Source: Acidobacteriota bacterium
Lineage (GTDB): Bacteria > Acidobacteriota > Thermoanaerobaculia > UBA5066 > Gp7-AA6
Direction: 5' to 3'
Length of the DNA: 48,250 nt
NCBI GenBank assembly: GCA_046728075.1
Contig: JBKPDV010000141.1
Span: forward strand, 1 to 48,250
Of this stretch, positions 47,115-48,250 are shown in pieces. A program made the translations under genes and the position numbers. The notes under the pieces are model-generated. The model was not told the origin of the DNA. It did not search any database and was given only the letters and a program-made list of their open reading frames with translations. The stretch's first letter is position 1, and each line of letters opens with the position of its first letter.

Positions 47115-47130
47115 TGCAAAGGTGGTGCCG
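47115..47130 (-). promoter_or_regulatory. Sigma54-type promoter
   Basis: CGGCAC-CACCT-TTGCA, about 25 nt upstream of ATG 47090. Confidence 0.62.
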
Positions 47131-47152
47131 GCTGGTGGGCAGCCGCCGAAAC

Positions 47153-48079
47153 CTATCGAAAGGGGCGAGGAACGCGGAAGATCGGCGGGCGTGGAACCTT
47201 CCACACCCCCGTGATGGGTTCCGCATTCGCGGCTTTGCCGGTCGCCGGAACCCCGTACATGTCCTCCAGCGTTCGGAGGAGGTTGTCGTGATCGATGCGG
47301 TTGGCGTAGTCGGCCGGCTGAACCATCGATCCGACGAAGATGGTCGGGATCTGGTTCGCCGCGGTGCCCGCATCCTCATCGAATGTCAGGATGAAAAGAG
47401 AGTTGTGGCTCCCGGCCCACTGCACATAGCCGTCCAACCTGCTCGCGATCCAGGCATCGCCGGTCGCCACACTGCAGTCGTGCATGTCGTGACAGAGATC
47501 CGGAACGACGTAGGCGACGGTCGGCAGTTCGGCGTAGTCCGCGGGAAACGCGCCGAAGGTGAGATTCACGCTCGCGGGGACATTCGTGTAATTGACCCAC
47601 GGATTGTGCCGCCGGGCGTAATTGCCGCTGTTGCAGCCGGTGTAACCGTTGGATGGCATCGATTCGCTGTAGCCGAGGAAGGTCTGGCCGCTCATCAAGA
47701 GACCACTGGCGATGTTGGCGGCGCTGTAGGTGTGCGGACAGCTGTCGTCGGAGAGATTCTCCGTGTCCCCCTCGAAGAGAGCCAGGTAGTTCGGCTCGCT
47801 CGGGTGACCCACGCCGTGGCTGTCGGTGAAGTTCGCGCCCGCATTCTTCAGGAAGTTGATATAGGGCGCGCTCCCGTTGCCGATCACGTCGGAATAGGAG
47901 TGGTTCTCCATGATCACCACGACGGTGTGGTCGGGCCTCGGGATGGGCGTTGCGGTTTCGAGTTCGGGCTCGGCGCTGGATCGAGTCGCCACTCGATTCG
48001 CCCCCGCAGGCCGGATCGCCAGGATGCCGCCGAGAAGCAGGAACCCTGTCCGGGCCGCCCGGGTGCCGATCGAGCTCAT
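47153..48079 (-). CDS. Secreted acid phosphatase (phosphoesterase family, SapM-like)
   Basis: HTVVVIMENH, HPSEPNYLAL, Y.RRHNPW, DMHD and LTFDE motifs; signal peptide. Confidence 0.9.
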   Translation of the reverse strand: MSSIGTRAARTGFLLLGGILAIRPAGANRVATRSSAEPELETATPIPRPDHTVVVIMENHSYSDVIGNGSAPYINFLKNAGANFTDSHGVGHPSEPNYLALFEGDTENLSDDSCPHTYSAANIASGLLMSGQTFLGYSESMPSNGYTGCNSGNYARRHNPWVNYTNVPASVNLTFGAFPADYAELPTVAYVVPDLCHDMHDCSVATGDAWIASRLDGYVQWAGSHNSLFILTFDEDAGTAANQIPTIFVGSMVQPADYANRIDHDNLLRTLEDMYGVPATGKAANAEPITGVWKVPRPPIFRVPRPFR

Positions 48080-48088
48080 GTTTTCCAG

Positions 48089-48124
48089 ACTTGACCCTAC
48101 GCTTCCACTCCTGCCGGGTCAAGT
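48089..48124 (-). promoter_or_regulatory. Sigma70 promoter embedded in a 9-bp inverted repeat
   Basis: TTGACC-N17-TAGGGT on the minus strand; ACTTGACCC-N18-GGGTCAAGT. Confidence 0.5.
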
Positions 48125-48250
48125 TTTCCTCGCCGAGCCGCGAGCTGATGCCGGCAGGATGAGTCGGCCTCGAACGATAACAATCTATACCTTGTAATCG
48201 TGCAGTCAGCGACGAGCGCGGCCGAAACTCGACCGCGGATGGCTCCGCTC

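Overview
GC-rich bacterial DNA, probably Acidobacteriota. This is inferred from the PadR + ADOP permease pair, the kinase/beta-propeller fusion and the wHTH-TPR regulator. No rRNA, tRNA, CRISPR array, transposase or phage gene was seen. Contents from left to right: (1) A tightly packed minus-strand form I aerobic CO dehydrogenase operon (CxxC membrane protein, xdhC, mocA, coxF-YHS, coxD, coxE, patatin, coxG, coxM, coxS, partial coxL), with maturation genes placed ahead of the structural genes. (2) DinB, a Ser/Thr kinase with beta-propeller, and a HAF-repeat protein preceded by a sigma54-type promoter, three 21-bp-spaced boxes and an orphan atypical LytTR regulator. (3) An ECF42 sigma/DGPF module with its promoter, followed by a kinase-BRCT fusion, an epimerase and a 5'-3' exonuclease. 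(4) An esterase, a PQQ-type dehydrogenase frameshifted in a G6 run, a wHTH-TPR regulator and a hydrolase-DUF2911 fusion. (5) An unannotated two-gene pair: a lipoprotein with four tandem repeats and a Cys/His (NNCYNY/DYHWYR) domain, plus a secreted SGRPNP partner. (6) PadR/ADOP. (7) A PAS/GAF sigma54 activator with a UAS, a -24/-12 promoter and a downstream run of envelope/stress genes. (8) Pirin, SDR, a molybdopterin oxidoreductase, cNMP-TrxB, a small stress protein and an acid phosphatase. All family calls come from motif recognition; no database search was run.
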